A stretch of 64,000 nucleotides of DNA from a virus (taxonomy: Duplodnaviria; Heunggongvirae; Uroviricota; Caudoviricetes). Position numbers and translations under genes: made by a program. This document shows positions 45,624 to 55,979 of this stretch, piece by piece. The stretch is from positions 1 to 64,000 of the IMG/VR virus record IMGVR_UViG_3300037418_003165; one strand, written 5' to 3'. Under the pieces are notes generated by a model. It ran no database searches. It saw nothing but the letters and a program-made list of their open reading frames with translations, and was not told where the DNA came from. Numbering within the stretch: the first letter of the stretch is position 1; each line of letters begins with the position of its first letter.

Positions 45624-45790
45624 ATGCTGCAGATGGGGAGCCGTACGGTTCCCCCAGTTTCCAGGTTTGCGCAGGTCAGCGGCTCGCGGTCGGATTCTCG
45701 GCGCGGCGGCTGCCGGCGGTCCGAGGATCGCGCTCGGAATGCCCCCAGTTCAGGGCGAGATAACGTTACACATCCGCTAGGCTTGGTGGC

Positions 45791-46357
45791 ATGAGCAGCG
45801 TGGTCTTCGAGTGCCAGCAGTGTGGCGAGAAGCTGGACATCCAGCGGTCGCGCCGCCCTGCGCTGTACTGCTCGGGACGCTGCCGCACCGCCGCCTGCCG
45901 GGCGCGGAAAGTCCGCATCCCGAAGGAGCTGCGTACGCGGCCGCGCTGGGTGCGCTGGACCACCGGCAAGCGGCCGATCCAGGCCGACGGTTCCCCAGCC
46001 TCAACCGGCGTGCCCGCCACCTGGGCGCCCCACGCGCGGGTGCGCGAGCACTCGCAGATCGGGTTCGTGCTCGGCGAGGGGATCGGCTGCATCGACCTCG
46101 ACCACTGCCTGACCAGTACCGGCGAACTCACCACGGTGGCGGAGCAGTTCCTCGAGCGGATGCCGTCGACCTGGATCGAAGTGTCCCCATCCGGCCACGG
46201 CCTGCACATCTGGGGCTACTTGCCCGAGGCCGTCGGCACTCGACGCGTCGTAGACGGCCTGCATATCGAGACCTACTCGCGCGGCCGCTACATCACGATC
46301 ACCGGCAAGCGCTTCCGCAACGCGCCCTGCCGACTGGCAGCTCTCCCGACCAGCTGA
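45791..46357 (+). CDS. Zinc-finger plus primase-polymerase (AEP/PrimPol)-like domain protein.
   Basis: IGCIDLDHC and SPSGHGLHIWG resemble PrimPol catalytic motifs. N-terminal CQQCG...CSGRC. Confidence 0.4.
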   Translation: MSSVVFECQQCGEKLDIQRSRRPALYCSGRCRTAACRARKVRIPKELRTRPRWVRWTTGKRPIQADGSPASTGVPATWAPHARVREHSQIGFVLGEGIGCIDLDHCLTSTGELTTVAEQFLERMPSTWIEVSPSGHGLHIWGYLPEAVGTRRVVDGLHIETYSRGRYITITGKRFRNAPCRLAALPTS

Positions 46358-46445
46358 CCCCTCCCCGCGGGTGAGGTGAGGCACGCCGGGCGCGCGCCAA
46401 CCATCCCCCGAAACGGGAGGGTGGCTCTTCATCTCCCGAAACGGG

Positions 46446-46901
46446 GTGGCCATGCCTCAGCGCAAGAAGCACCCGGGCACGCGAGCCCGCAGAAACACTG
46501 CCTCCACCGCCGCGACCCTCAGCGGTGACGGGCCGGCCGCGGTGATCCGCCCAGAGCTCCCGGACCACGAAGGCGACGGCTGGCATCCGCAGACCATCGC
46601 CTGGTGGAACGACATGTGGGCCTCGCCCATGGCGGCGGAGTACATCGACGCCGACAAACACGCGCTCTACATGCTCGCCGTGCTGATCGACGAGTTCTGG
46701 TGTGAACCCAGCCAGAAGCTCGCCGCGGAGATCCGGCTCCAGCGCGCGGCGTTCGGCCTCACGCCGTACGACCGCCGCCGCCTCGAATGGACGATCGAGA
46801 CCACCGAGGAGGCCAAGGACCGCGGCGACCGTCGACGGCAGAACGCCGGCGTCCCGCAGCCGACCGCGGCCGTCGACCCGCGCCTGGCCCTCGTGAAGTA
46901 G
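46446..46901 (+). CDS. Terminase small subunit.
   Basis: Position immediately upstream of the large terminase. WWNDMWASPMAAEY...LAVLIDEFW resembles actinophage TerS. Confidence 0.6.
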   Translation: MAMPQRKKHPGTRARRNTASTAATLSGDGPAAVIRPELPDHEGDGWHPQTIAWWNDMWASPMAAEYIDADKHALYMLAVLIDEFWCEPSQKLAAEIRLQRAAFGLTPYDRRRLEWTIETTEEAKDRGDRRRQNAGVPQPTAAVDPRLALVK

Positions 46902-46908
46902 ACCGCCG

Positions 46909-48555
46909 GTGGCGGTACTCATCGTCCCGCCCCTCGACCTGACCTACCCGACCCTCGGACCCGACCTCGCGGACTTCATCGAGGAACGGTTCACGTTCGG
47001 GCCAGGATCGCTGGCGGGAGAGCCGGCGGTCCTCGACGACGAGAAGCGCGCCGCGCTGTACCGGCTGTACGAGGTGTACCCGCAGGGGCACCCGCTGGCC
47101 GGGCGGCGCCGCTTCAACCAGGGCGCCATCGAGTGGCGTAAGGGCCTGGCCAAGACGGAGTTCGCGGCGTGGGTGTGCGGCCTCGAGCTGCACCCGGAGG
47201 CGCCGGTTCGCTGCGACGGCTTCAACGCCGCGGGCGAACCGGTCGGCCGGCCGGTGAAATTCCCGTACATCCCGATGATGGCGGTCACCGAGGAACAGGT
47301 GAGCGAGCTCGCCTATGGCGTGCTCTGCTACGTCCTCGAGCACAGCCCCGACGCCGACCTGTTCGACATCGGCGCAGACCGGATCATCCGGCTCGGCCGC
47401 AACGGCGCGCCGGACGGCCGCGCGGTGCCGGTATCGAACGCCCCGGGCAGCCGCGACGGTGCGCTGACCACCTTCCAGCACTTCGACGAGCCGCACCGGC
47501 TGTACCTGCCGTCGCAGGTCGGCGCGCACGAAACGATGATGCAGAACCTGTCGAAGCGGGCGCTGGAAGATCCGTGGAGCTTCTACACCAGCACCGCGGG
47601 CAAGCCTGGACAGAAGAGCATCCAGGAGAGCCTTCGTCGCGGCGCCGAACGCATCGAACGTGGTGAGGTCGAGAAGCCGAAGATGTTCTTCTTCGGCCGC
47701 TGGGCTGGACCCGCACACGACGATCTCAGCACCGTCGAGAAGCGCATCGCAGCGATCGCGGAGGCCACCGGCCCGGCCGGTGAATACGGCCCTGGGCAGT
47801 TCCAGTCCATCGCCGAGGACTACGACCGCGAAGGCTGCGACCGGGCCTACTGGGAGCGCGTCTACCTCAACCGGTGGCGCGCCGGCGGAAACCAGGCCTT
47901 CAACATCACCAAGATCGTCGCCAACCTCGTTCGGCCCGCCGGGACCGTCATCCCGGCGGGCGCGTTCGTCGCCGGCGGCTTCGACGGCGCACGGATGCGG
48001 GACTCGACCGGTCTGGTGCTCACCGATATCCAGACCGGCCTGCAGCAGTGCGTGGCTCACTGGCAGCGGCCCGAGGGCGTCGAGGAGTGGGAGGTCGACG
48101 AGGCCGAGGTGACTGCGGCCTTCGAAGACGCCATGGACCGCTACGAGGTGTGGAAGATCTACGCCGATCCGCCGCACTGGACTGCGACGCTCGGTGATTT
48201 CTCGGTGCGATGGCCGGAGCGGATCGAGGAATGGTGGACCCACCGGCAGAAGCCGATGGCCTATGCGCTGCGCGAGTACATCGAGGGCCAGGACGCCGGC
48301 CTCGTTTCCTACGGCGGCACCGAGAAGCAGCTCGACGTCATGATCGACCACCTCGGCAACGCCGAACGCAAGGAACTGCGGATGTACGACGACCAGGGAT
48401 TTCCGCTGTACATCCTGCAGAAACCCGATGGCCGGCAGGACTGCAAGATCGACCTCTCCGTCTGCGGAGTCCTGTCCTGGAAAGCAACCCTCGACGCCCG
48501 CAAATCGGGCGCGAAACCCCGCCCGAAAGCCCGCGCCCCCCGGCGCCTGTATTGA
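46909..48555 (+). CDS. Terminase large subunit.
   Basis: 548 aa. The N-terminal ATPase region is followed by a nuclease half. Position before the portal gene. Confidence 0.75.
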   Translation: MAVLIVPPLDLTYPTLGPDLADFIEERFTFGPGSLAGEPAVLDDEKRAALYRLYEVYPQGHPLAGRRRFNQGAIEWRKGLAKTEFAAWVCGLELHPEAPVRCDGFNAAGEPVGRPVKFPYIPMMAVTEEQVSELAYGVLCYVLEHSPDADLFDIGADRIIRLGRNGAPDGRAVPVSNAPGSRDGALTTFQHFDEPHRLYLPSQVGAHETMMQNLSKRALEDPWSFYTSTAGKPGQKSIQESLRRGAERIERGEVEKPKMFFFGRWAGPAHDDLSTVEKRIAAIAEATGPAGEYGPGQFQSIAEDYDREGCDRAYWERVYLNRWRAGGNQAFNITKIVANLVRPAGTVIPAGAFVAGGFDGARMRDSTGLVLTDIQTGLQQCVAHWQRPEGVEEWEVDEAEVTAAFEDAMDRYEVWKIYADPPHWTATLGDFSVRWPERIEEWWTHRQKPMAYALREYIEGQDAGLVSYGGTEKQLDVMIDHLGNAERKELRMYDDQGFPLYILQKPDGRQDCKIDLSVCGVLSWKATLDARKSGAKPRPKARAPRRLY

Positions 48556-48573
48556 GCGTGAGGAGGGAGCGCG

Positions 48574-50007
48574 ATGCTGGATTCTCCGCCGCAGACACCG
48601 GCCCAATGGCTCCCGATCCTGACCCGCCGTCTGGACCTCGACATGCCGCGCATGCGGCTGCTCGAGCGTTACGTCGAAGGTGATGCGCCACTGCCGGAAG
48701 CCGCACGCAACATGCGGGCCTCCTGGCAGAAGTTTCAGCGCGAGTCGCGCACCAACTGGGCGGAACTCATCGTCGAATCGGCCGGCGATCGGATCATCCC
48801 GAACGGCATCGAGGTCAGCGGAAGTACCGACAGCCCCGAAGCCAAACAGGCCCAACGGATTTGGCTGAACAACCGGCTGGATCTCGTGTTCGGTGACGCA
48901 GTGCGCGACATGCTGATCTACGACACCGGGATCATGACCGCGTGGGTCGGCCCAGACAAGAAGGCCGTCATCACCGCCAGCAGCCCGCTGACGACCTACG
49001 CCGCAACCGACCCGATGCAGCCCTGGCGAGTTCGCGCGGCGTTCAAGTGGTGGCGTGACCTCGACCTCGGCGTCGACCGGTCGATCGTATGGTTCCAGGG
49101 CGGCTACCAGGTCTTCAAGCGCCCCTGCTACACCGACCAGCAGACGCCGCGCCGGAAGCTGTTCACCACGGCCTCCGGCGGATGGAGCGAAGATGGCGAT
49201 CCGGTGCAAACCGGCAAAGAGCCGCCAGTCGTGCTGCTGCAAAACCCGCGCGGCGCAGGCGAATTCGAAACCCACGTCGACCTGATCAACCGCATCAACC
49301 GCGGGATCCTGCACCGACTCCACATCTCGGCGATGCAGGCATACAAGCAGCGGGCCCTGAAATCCAAGGAAGGCAGCGACGGACTGCCCGACAAGGACGA
49401 CAAGGGCAACGACATCGACTACGCCCGGCTGTTCGAACCGGCCCCCGGCGCGCTGTGGGATCTGCCCCCGGGGATCGACATCTGGGAGTCGGCCGCCACC
49501 GACATTCGCCCGCTGCTGGAGGGATCGATGCAGGACATCCGGCAGCTGGCCGGTGTGACCCGCACGCCGGTGTCGGTGCTCATCCCGGACGCAGCGAACC
49601 AGAGCGCGCAGGGCGCCACCTTGACCAAGGAGGGCTTGATCACCAAGTGCGGCAAGCTCGTTTCGGTCGCCTCGGTGTCGGCATCGGCGATTTTGGTGAA
49701 GGGCCTCGATATCGAGGGCATCACCCTCTCCGACGAGCAGCCGCTGAAGGTGCTGTTCAAACCGCCCGACCAGGTCTCGCTCACCGAGCGCTACGCGGCC
49801 GCGATGCAAGCGCGCAATGCCGGCGAGTCCTGGGCGTCGATCGCGCGCAACATCCTCGGCTACAGCCCCGAACAGATCGCCCAGGACGCGCTGGACCGCG
49901 CGCAGGAACAACTCGCGCAGGCGATGTTCACGCCCGTGACGCCGCCGCAACTCCCGCCGGCGCAGCCGCGGCAACTCCCCGCTGGAAATGACGTCCCCGC
50001 AGCCTGA
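48574..50007 (+). CDS. Portal protein.
   Basis: 477 aa downstream of the terminase. GGAGGGAG RBS. Confidence 0.75.
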   Translation: MLDSPPQTPAQWLPILTRRLDLDMPRMRLLERYVEGDAPLPEAARNMRASWQKFQRESRTNWAELIVESAGDRIIPNGIEVSGSTDSPEAKQAQRIWLNNRLDLVFGDAVRDMLIYDTGIMTAWVGPDKKAVITASSPLTTYAATDPMQPWRVRAAFKWWRDLDLGVDRSIVWFQGGYQVFKRPCYTDQQTPRRKLFTTASGGWSEDGDPVQTGKEPPVVLLQNPRGAGEFETHVDLINRINRGILHRLHISAMQAYKQRALKSKEGSDGLPDKDDKGNDIDYARLFEPAPGALWDLPPGIDIWESAATDIRPLLEGSMQDIRQLAGVTRTPVSVLIPDAANQSAQGATLTKEGLITKCGKLVSVASVSASAILVKGLDIEGITLSDEQPLKVLFKPPDQVSLTERYAAAMQARNAGESWASIARNILGYSPEQIAQDALDRAQEQLAQAMFTPVTPPQLPPAQPRQLPAGNDVPAA

Positions 50008-50923
50008 TCAGTCCGCGGCCTACCAAGACGCCAGCGCCCGCACGCGCGCGCAGCTGCTCGCTTACGCGGCCGCGGCATGGGCAGCGATGCCCGACTACCG
50101 CGACACGAACATGGACCGGCTCATCGCGGCGCTCGTGCCGAGAGTGCTTGCCGGACAACTCGCGATCGCGAATCTCACCTCGGTGCACCTGGCGCAACTC
50201 GCGCACCGGTCCGGGCAGGCCGGGCAACTGACGGCAGGCCAGCCGTTGCAGCTCGCCCCGGCGGCGGCCCGGCCCGGGCAGCTCGCGCCGACAGCGGGGC
50301 AGACACCGCAACTGGCAGCTGTGGCCGAACGTCGGGCGCCGCAACTGGCGCGCGCGGCCGCGCATCCGGTGCATCCGGCGCCAGTGGATTCGACGGTGGT
50401 CCAGGGCGGCCGCGGGGTGCCGCCGGAGCAGGTCTATCGGCGGCCGGCCGTCGAGCTGTACACCGCGCTGTCAAAGGGCGTGCAGTTCGACGAGGCGGTC
50501 AAGCGAGGGCAAACCCGCCTGGAATCGCTGGTCGCGACCGATCTGCAGATGGCCAAGGTGCGCCAGGCCGACGCCAGTTTGAAGGCCTCCGGGGCGAAGT
50601 ACTTCCGGCGGGTGCTCAAGGGGGAGCACAACTGCGCGCTGTGCATCATCGCGTCCACCCAGCGCTACAAGGTCGGGAATCTGCTGCCGATCCATCCCGG
50701 GTGTGACTGCGATGTGGAGCCGCTGGAAGGGCGCCGCGTCCCTAACATTCTCGATCGCGCGCTGCTGGAACAAACCCATCAGATGGTCAAGGAATTCAAA
50801 GGCCAATCCGACCGCAGCGCCGCCGGATATCGAGACCTCATCGTCACCCATGAACACGGCGAAATCGGGCCGGTAATGGCGTGGCGGAAACAGAAATTCA
50901 CAGGCCCTTCGGACCTGCACTGA
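49988..50923 (+). CDS. MuF-like minor head / head morphogenesis protein.
   Basis: C-terminal HNCALCII...HPGCDCDVEP motif and gene-order context. Confidence 0.65.
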   Translation: MTSPQPDQSAAYQDASARTRAQLLAYAAAAWAAMPDYRDTNMDRLIAALVPRVLAGQLAIANLTSVHLAQLAHRSGQAGQLTAGQPLQLAPAAARPGQLAPTAGQTPQLAAVAERRAPQLARAAAHPVHPAPVDSTVVQGGRGVPPEQVYRRPAVELYTALSKGVQFDEAVKRGQTRLESLVATDLQMAKVRQADASLKASGAKYFRRVLKGEHNCALCIIASTQRYKVGNLLPIHPGCDCDVEPLEGRRVPNILDRALLEQTHQMVKEFKGQSDRSAAGYRDLIVTHEHGEIGPVMAWRKQKFTGPSDLH

Positions 50924-50995
50924 CTTTCTGCCCTATTCGGGGCGGAATTCGCGCGGAACGCGCACAACTCACACGAAACGTAGGAGTTATCTCGC

Positions 50996-51667
50996 ATGAC
51001 TAATCCTGCTGTCCCTTCGCAGACCGAAACCGCAAACCCGGCCGAGACGGCACCGGCACCGGAACCGGCGCCCGTGACCGAACCGGCGCCGACGGCCGAA
51101 CCCGCAGCCCCGGCCGAGCCGGCTCCCGCCGCACCGTCAGATCCGAGCGCTCCCGCAACGGGATCGGATCCGCTGGCCGAGGTCGCCAAGTGGCAGGCCG
51201 AAGCCACCAAGTGGCAGGCCCTGAGCAGGAAAAACGAGGCCCGCGCGAAGGAGAACGCGGAGAAGGCCGCGAAGTACACCGAGATCGAGGAAGCCAACAA
51301 GACCGAGTTTCAACGGCTCACCGACCGCGCGCAGAAGGCCGAAACGGAGCTGCAGCAGGCGCGGACGCTGGCGTTGCGAGCTGAGAAATCGGCTTCCACG
51401 GGTGTGCCGATGGCCCTCATTCCGGCGGGCTCGGAAGAGGAAATGGACGCCGCTGTCGCGGCGTACCAGGGCGCTCTTTCCGCGGCTCTGAATAGTCGTG
51501 CCGCTCAGACCCCGGCAGCTGCTCCGGCGCAGCTTGTGACCGCTCCGGCGGATTCCACAAAGGTTACGCAGCTGACTCGGGCCGATCTTCAATCCATGTC
51601 TCCCCAGGAAATCATTCAGGCGCAGCGCGACGGGCGTCTCAACGACCTGATGGGGAAATCCACTTAA
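50996..51667 (+). CDS. Scaffolding protein.
   Basis: Pro/Ala-rich N-terminus and coiled-coil middle. Position before the major capsid gene. Confidence 0.65.
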   Translation: MTNPAVPSQTETANPAETAPAPEPAPVTEPAPTAEPAAPAEPAPAAPSDPSAPATGSDPLAEVAKWQAEATKWQALSRKNEARAKENAEKAAKYTEIEEANKTEFQRLTDRAQKAETELQQARTLALRAEKSASTGVPMALIPAGSEEEMDAAVAAYQGALSAALNSRAAQTPAAAPAQLVTAPADSTKVTQLTRADLQSMSPQEIIQAQRDGRLNDLMGKST

Positions 51668-51677
51668 GGAGTGAGAA

Positions 51678-52499
51678 ATGTCTGTAGAGCATTTCATCCC
51701 CGAACTTTGGGCAGCCCAGATGCTCGAGCGCTGGAATGCCATGACCATTTTCGCGAATCTCGTGAATCGCGAATATGAGGGCACTGCCGCGAAGGGCAAC
51801 ACGGTGCACATCACCGGTGTTGTGCAGCCCGAGGTGAAGGACTACAAGGCGAACAACCGGACGACTTCGGCGGACGCCATCAGCGACACCGGGATCGACC
51901 TGCTCATCGACCAGGAGAAGAACTTCGACTTCTACGTCGACGACATCGACCGCGTCCAGGCGGCCGGCTCGCTGCAGCCCTACACCGACGCCGCCGGCAA
52001 CGGCTTGGTGCAGGATTCCGACCAGTTCCTCGCTCAGATGATGGTCGACCACGGCACCGCCCTGCCGGGCACCGCGCCGACCACCGGCGACGACGCGTTC
52101 AACCTGGTCCGCGACGCCCGCAAGAAGCTGAACAAGAACAACGCGCCCTCCGACGGCCGCGTCCTCGCCGTAAACGCCGAGTTCGAAGGCCTTCTGCTGG
52201 GCGCGAATTCGAAGCTGACCGCGTTCGACACCTCGGGTGACGCGCAGGGCCTGCGTCAGGGCACCATCGGCTCTCTGCTCGGTTTCCGGGTGGTGACCTC
52301 CAACAACCTGCCCGACGTCGACAGCCCGCAGTTCGTCGCGTTCCACCCGCTGGCGGCCGCCTACGTGTCGCAGATCGACACCGTGGAAGCGCTGCGGGCG
52401 GAGAACAAGTTCGCCGACCGCGTGCGTGGCCTGCACGTCTACGGCGGCAAGGTCGTGCGCCCGGAGGGCGTGGTCGTTTACAACCCGGCGGGCAGCTGA
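51678..52499 (+). CDS. Major capsid protein.
   Basis: Gene order. 273 aa. Strong AAGGAGTGAG RBS. Confidence 0.7.
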   Translation: MSVEHFIPELWAAQMLERWNAMTIFANLVNREYEGTAAKGNTVHITGVVQPEVKDYKANNRTTSADAISDTGIDLLIDQEKNFDFYVDDIDRVQAAGSLQPYTDAAGNGLVQDSDQFLAQMMVDHGTALPGTAPTTGDDAFNLVRDARKKLNKNNAPSDGRVLAVNAEFEGLLLGANSKLTAFDTSGDAQGLRQGTIGSLLGFRVVTSNNLPDVDSPQFVAFHPLAAAYVSQIDTVEALRAENKFADRVRGLHVYGGKVVRPEGVVVYNPAGS

Positions 52500-52502
52500 C
52501 CG

Positions 52503-53081
52503 ATGGATCCGCTGGCCAGCAGCGAGGATGTCGCGACGCAGCTCGGTCGGGCCCTGACCGAAACGGAACAGGCCCGCGTGTCCGGCATCCTCGCCAAGGC
52601 CTCGGATCTGTTCCGGCGCAAGGCCCGCCAGGACTTCACCCCCGGCTCGTCGACGGTGCGCCTGAAGTCCAACGGTGGCCAGATCCGGCTCGAACAGGAG
52701 CCGGTCACCGCGGTGGCCAGTGTGGTCGACGACTGCGGCGACGCGGTCGACCACCGGTGGAGTGGGCAGCTGCTGTGGGTCAGCCGAAACGGCTGCCCAC
52801 TGGCCTCCCACGAATTCGTGACGGTCACCTACAGCCACGGCGGCGAAGTGCCGGATCTCGTGCGCCAGACCATCGCCGAAGTCGTCGCCCGCGTGCTGAA
52901 CGTCGACGCGCGGGCGCTCTCAGGCGTCGTCACCGCGACCGACACCACCGGCCCGTTCAGCGAAACGCTGACCTTCGCCGGCTGGGCCGTGGGCGGCCAG
53001 ACGATGCTGTCGCCCGCCGACGAAGCTGTCGCGCTGTCGTACCGATACCCAGGCGGTCAGACCATTGTCTGTCAACCCTGA
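52503..53081 (+). CDS. Head-to-tail connector/adaptor.
   Basis: Gene order. Confidence 0.55.
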   Translation: MDPLASSEDVATQLGRALTETEQARVSGILAKASDLFRRKARQDFTPGSSTVRLKSNGGQIRLEQEPVTAVASVVDDCGDAVDHRWSGQLLWVSRNGCPLASHEFVTVTYSHGGEVPDLVRQTIAEVVARVLNVDARALSGVVTATDTTGPFSETLTFAGWAVGGQTMLSPADEAVALSYRYPGGQTIVCQP

Positions 53082-53088
53082 TGTGGGC

Positions 53089-53415
53089 ATGAACTTCCAA
53101 TTCGGTGAAACCGTAACGGTTTACAGGCCCGCAAAGGGCGACCGAACCGGAGATCCAGCCACCGCACCGGCGCCGCACGATATCCAGAACTGCGCGATCG
53201 GCTGGGGCAACACGACCGAGAACCACGAGCAGCGGGAGACCGTGCTCGCGTGGGTCCAAATGTATTGCCCGCCAGGGTCGGACATCAAAAACAGCGACCG
53301 CGTGAAGCTGCCCAACGGCCGCACCTACACCGTCGACGGCGACCCGGTCACCTGGCGCAGCCCCTACACCGGCAAGCAACCCGGCATGGTCGTGCGCCTG
53401 AAGGGGGTGTTCTGA
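53089..53415 (+). CDS. Head-tail joining protein. Start uncertain: TTG 53065, GTG 53083 or ATG 53089.
   Basis: Gene order. Confidence 0.5.
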   Translation: MNFQFGETVTVYRPAKGDRTGDPATAPAPHDIQNCAIGWGNTTENHEQRETVLAWVQMYCPPGSDIKNSDRVKLPNGRTYTVDGDPVTWRSPYTGKQPGMVVRLKGVF

Positions 53416-53416
53416 C

Positions 53417-53728
53417 GTGGAAGACGTCTACATCGAGGACAAGTTCTTCCAGCTGTACGAGAAGGGCCCGGAGTGCCGAGCCATGATCTGGCTGTCGCTG
53501 GAGCTGTACGAGGCGCTGTATCGGGAGGTCGTCGCGAAACGCACCGGCCGCCTCGCCGCCTCGACCCGCATCTTCACCGAACTCGAGCAGGGCCGGTGGA
53601 TGGGCACGCTGGCGGTCACCGCGCCCTACGCGGCAAGCCATGAATTCGGCACCGACGACGGCGATGAGCGGATCATCGCTGGCCACCACGACCTGAACAA
53701 GGTTCTCAACATCATGGCGCGCGTATGA
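53417..53728 (+). CDS. Tail completion / head-tail protein.
   Basis: Gene order. GTG start just after the upstream stop. Confidence 0.5.
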   Translation: MEDVYIEDKFFQLYEKGPECRAMIWLSLELYEALYREVVAKRTGRLAASTRIFTELEQGRWMGTLAVTAPYAASHEFGTDDGDERIIAGHHDLNKVLNIMARV

Positions 53729-54279
53729 GCAGCCTCCGGTTCCCGAACTGGTGGAAGGGCGGCTTCCCGGACCGCGAGCTCGTCGTGATGGATGCCCTGC
53801 AGCCCGTGCTCAACCTCGTCGACGTGCTCGACGACGACGGAAACCAGGTGTACGACGACGGCGATGCCCGCCGCCCGTACGCCTGCACATGGCTGCCGAG
53901 CGACTACCGCGACCGGCTGCCGGTGATCCGTGTGTACCGCGGCGGCGGCGCTACCGATGTCGGTTCGCTGCGCGACCCGGCCTCGGTCCAGGTCGCGGTG
54001 ATCGCCGCGACCAGGGCGGCGTCGTGGGAGCTGATGGAGTACTGCCGGCAGTGGCTGCTGTCGTATCAGTCCGGCGGCACCGTTTACCGCGCCGACGGGA
54101 GCAAGACGCTGATCGACACGGTCGAGGAAATGGTGGGGCCGCAGCAGCTTCCGGAACTGAACCCCGACGACCGGATGGTGCCGCTGACCTTCCGCGTCAT
54201 CTGCCGGCGCCAACGCGGGCTGCCGGACTACCAGAAGATCCGGGAGTCTCTGCAGCGCATGTGGGCGCTGGCCAGCTGA
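53725..54279 (+). CDS. Tail terminator / minor tail component.
   Basis: Gene order. ATGA overlap. Confidence 0.5.
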   Translation: MSSLRFPNWWKGGFPDRELVVMDALQPVLNLVDVLDDDGNQVYDDGDARRPYACTWLPSDYRDRLPVIRVYRGGGATDVGSLRDPASVQVAVIAATRAASWELMEYCRQWLLSYQSGGTVYRADGSKTLIDTVEEMVGPQQLPELNPDDRMVPLTFRVICRRQRGLPDYQKIRESLQRMWALAS

Positions 54280-54289
54280 CCCGGCGCGG

Positions 54290-54766
54290 TCACTGGACCA
54301 GGTTCACCGTCGCGTAGCCCTCGTCGTAGTCGGAGTTCAACGCCGACGCAGGGTGCTGCCCGACGCGGACCTGCGCACCGGAGACATGCTTCGGCGCCTT
54401 GTCGATCGTCCAGTGCAGCGTGCACCGGCTCTTGTTGTCCGGGCCAAGGGTTTCCTGCGATCCGGCGACTTTTCCGGTGGCGATCGACGCTCCGGACCCG
54501 TCCAGCAGGGTGACGACGGCGTTTTCGGTGACGTCCTGGAAGGTGCCGATTCCGGTGCACGTCCAGCCGAACGTATTTGCGTCGGAGGCGAGTTCGGCCG
54601 GGCGGATCAGCTGTCCCTTGTCGTCGCGGTAGGCCCAGCTCGACGACAGAACGAAATCGCCGTACACGGTCGCGGTCGGTCGCGGCGAGTCACCGCACGC
54701 AGCGGTGCCGGCGCATACAGCTGCGGCGAGCAGAGCTGCAGGTATCAGGCGAAACGCGGTGCCCAT
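54290..54766 (-). CDS. Reverse-oriented lipoprotein/secreted protein (moron). An alternative start extends to 54802.
   Basis: Signal peptide FRLIPAALLAAAVCAGTAACGD with a lipobox-like Cys. Lies on the opposite strand inside the tail operon. Confidence 0.55.
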   Translation of the reverse strand: MGTAFRLIPAALLAAAVCAGTAACGDSPRPTATVYGDFVLSSSWAYRDDKGQLIRPAELASDANTFGWTCTGIGTFQDVTENAVVTLLDGSGASIATGKVAGSQETLGPDNKSRCTLHWTIDKAPKHVSGAQVRVGQHPASALNSDYDEGYATVNLVQ

Positions 54767-54904
54767 AGCGGTGCCCCCAAGAGCTGAGACGGATCGGCGC
54801 ACGGCCGAAAAACCCGCTCAGTGTAGCCACCCCTTTCCCTCCCCGCACCAGATTGCTGGTGCGCGGATTCACGCCCATGTCACGGGCGGAAGGAGCGCAA
54901 GACC

Positions 54905-55567
54905 ATGAGTGATTTCGCGACCGATGTCCGGCAGGGCAATCCCGATCTCGAACTTGCCGTTCTCGACTGGGCCATCTACCTGGCCCCGAAGAACACGGCG
55001 ATCCCGGTGGCCTTCACCGACGCCGCCGGCGTGATCCTGCCGCTGCCCGAGATCTACGTTCCGGTCGGCAACTTGGACAAGAAGGCCGGCACCAAGATCG
55101 CCACGGCGATCAACAGCACCCCCGTCGAAACTTACGGCGAGCAGGGCCCGACGCGGATCATCCGCAAGTCCCGCGACACCACCGTGGACTTCACGATGCA
55201 GCAGACCTCGGCGGTGTCTCTCGGCGCGTTCTGGGGGCAGGACTTCACCAACGAGAAGTCCAATCCTTCCTCGGGTGAGGTGAACCTCGAGATCAGCGAG
55301 TCCGCGTTCAACATCGAGTACTCGCTGATCATGATCGGCTTCGACGGCGAGGAAGACCACGAGATCTACACGATCCTCGACTCCGGCCGGGCGACGCTGC
55401 AGAAGTCGGGCGACATCACCTACAACGATGACGGCATCGCGCTGTACCCGGTCACGTTGCAGCTGCTCAAGCACAAGACCCTCGGCTACGCGACCCGCAT
55501 CAGCTACGCGGGCAAGGGCTGGAAGCCGCTGGCAGTCGCCGCGGGCTTCGAAGCCGACGCCAGCTGA
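54905..55567 (+). CDS. Major tail protein.
   Basis: Gene order, immediately before the G/GT chaperone pair. GAAGGAG RBS. Confidence 0.65.
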   Translation: MSDFATDVRQGNPDLELAVLDWAIYLAPKNTAIPVAFTDAAGVILPLPEIYVPVGNLDKKAGTKIATAINSTPVETYGEQGPTRIIRKSRDTTVDFTMQQTSAVSLGAFWGQDFTNEKSNPSSGEVNLEISESAFNIEYSLIMIGFDGEEDHEIYTILDSGRATLQKSGDITYNDDGIALYPVTLQLLKHKTLGYATRISYAGKGWKPLAVAAGFEADAS

Positions 55568-55652
55568 CAGACGCCGTCTGCACCCCGCACCCCGGCCGGG
55601 GTGCAGGCGGCTCTGATCAGCCGGGGAAATCGATTGCCGAGGAGGCATTCTC

Positions 55653-55979
55653 ATGGCTACACAACGCACGCGTGCCAACGCGCCCAAGATCGGCCGCTTC
55701 TACGACCTCAAGGAGGAAGTGCCGCCGATCGAGGACTACATCCTCACCGAGAAGATCCGGATCAAGGAACCCACCCGCAAACAGATGCAGGCCTTCTGGG
55801 CCGCACCCGCAGGCGAAGAGGCCGACCGGGCGCTGCTCGGCGACGCCGCCGACGCGGTGTTCGCGCTGTACGCGGAGCTGCCGAACAAGCAGTACATCGC
55901 CATGACCCGCGATGTGTGGCGCCACTTCTTCCCGGGAACCGGCGATGACGAGGGAAAATCCGAAGAGTCTTCGAACTAG
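55653..55979 (+). CDS. Tail assembly chaperone (G-like).
   Basis: Position before the tape measure gene. GAGGAGG RBS. Confidence 0.65.
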   Translation: MATQRTRANAPKIGRFYDLKEEVPPIEDYILTEKIRIKEPTRKQMQAFWAAPAGEEADRALLGDAADAVFALYAELPNKQYIAMTRDVWRHFFPGTGDDEGKSEESSN

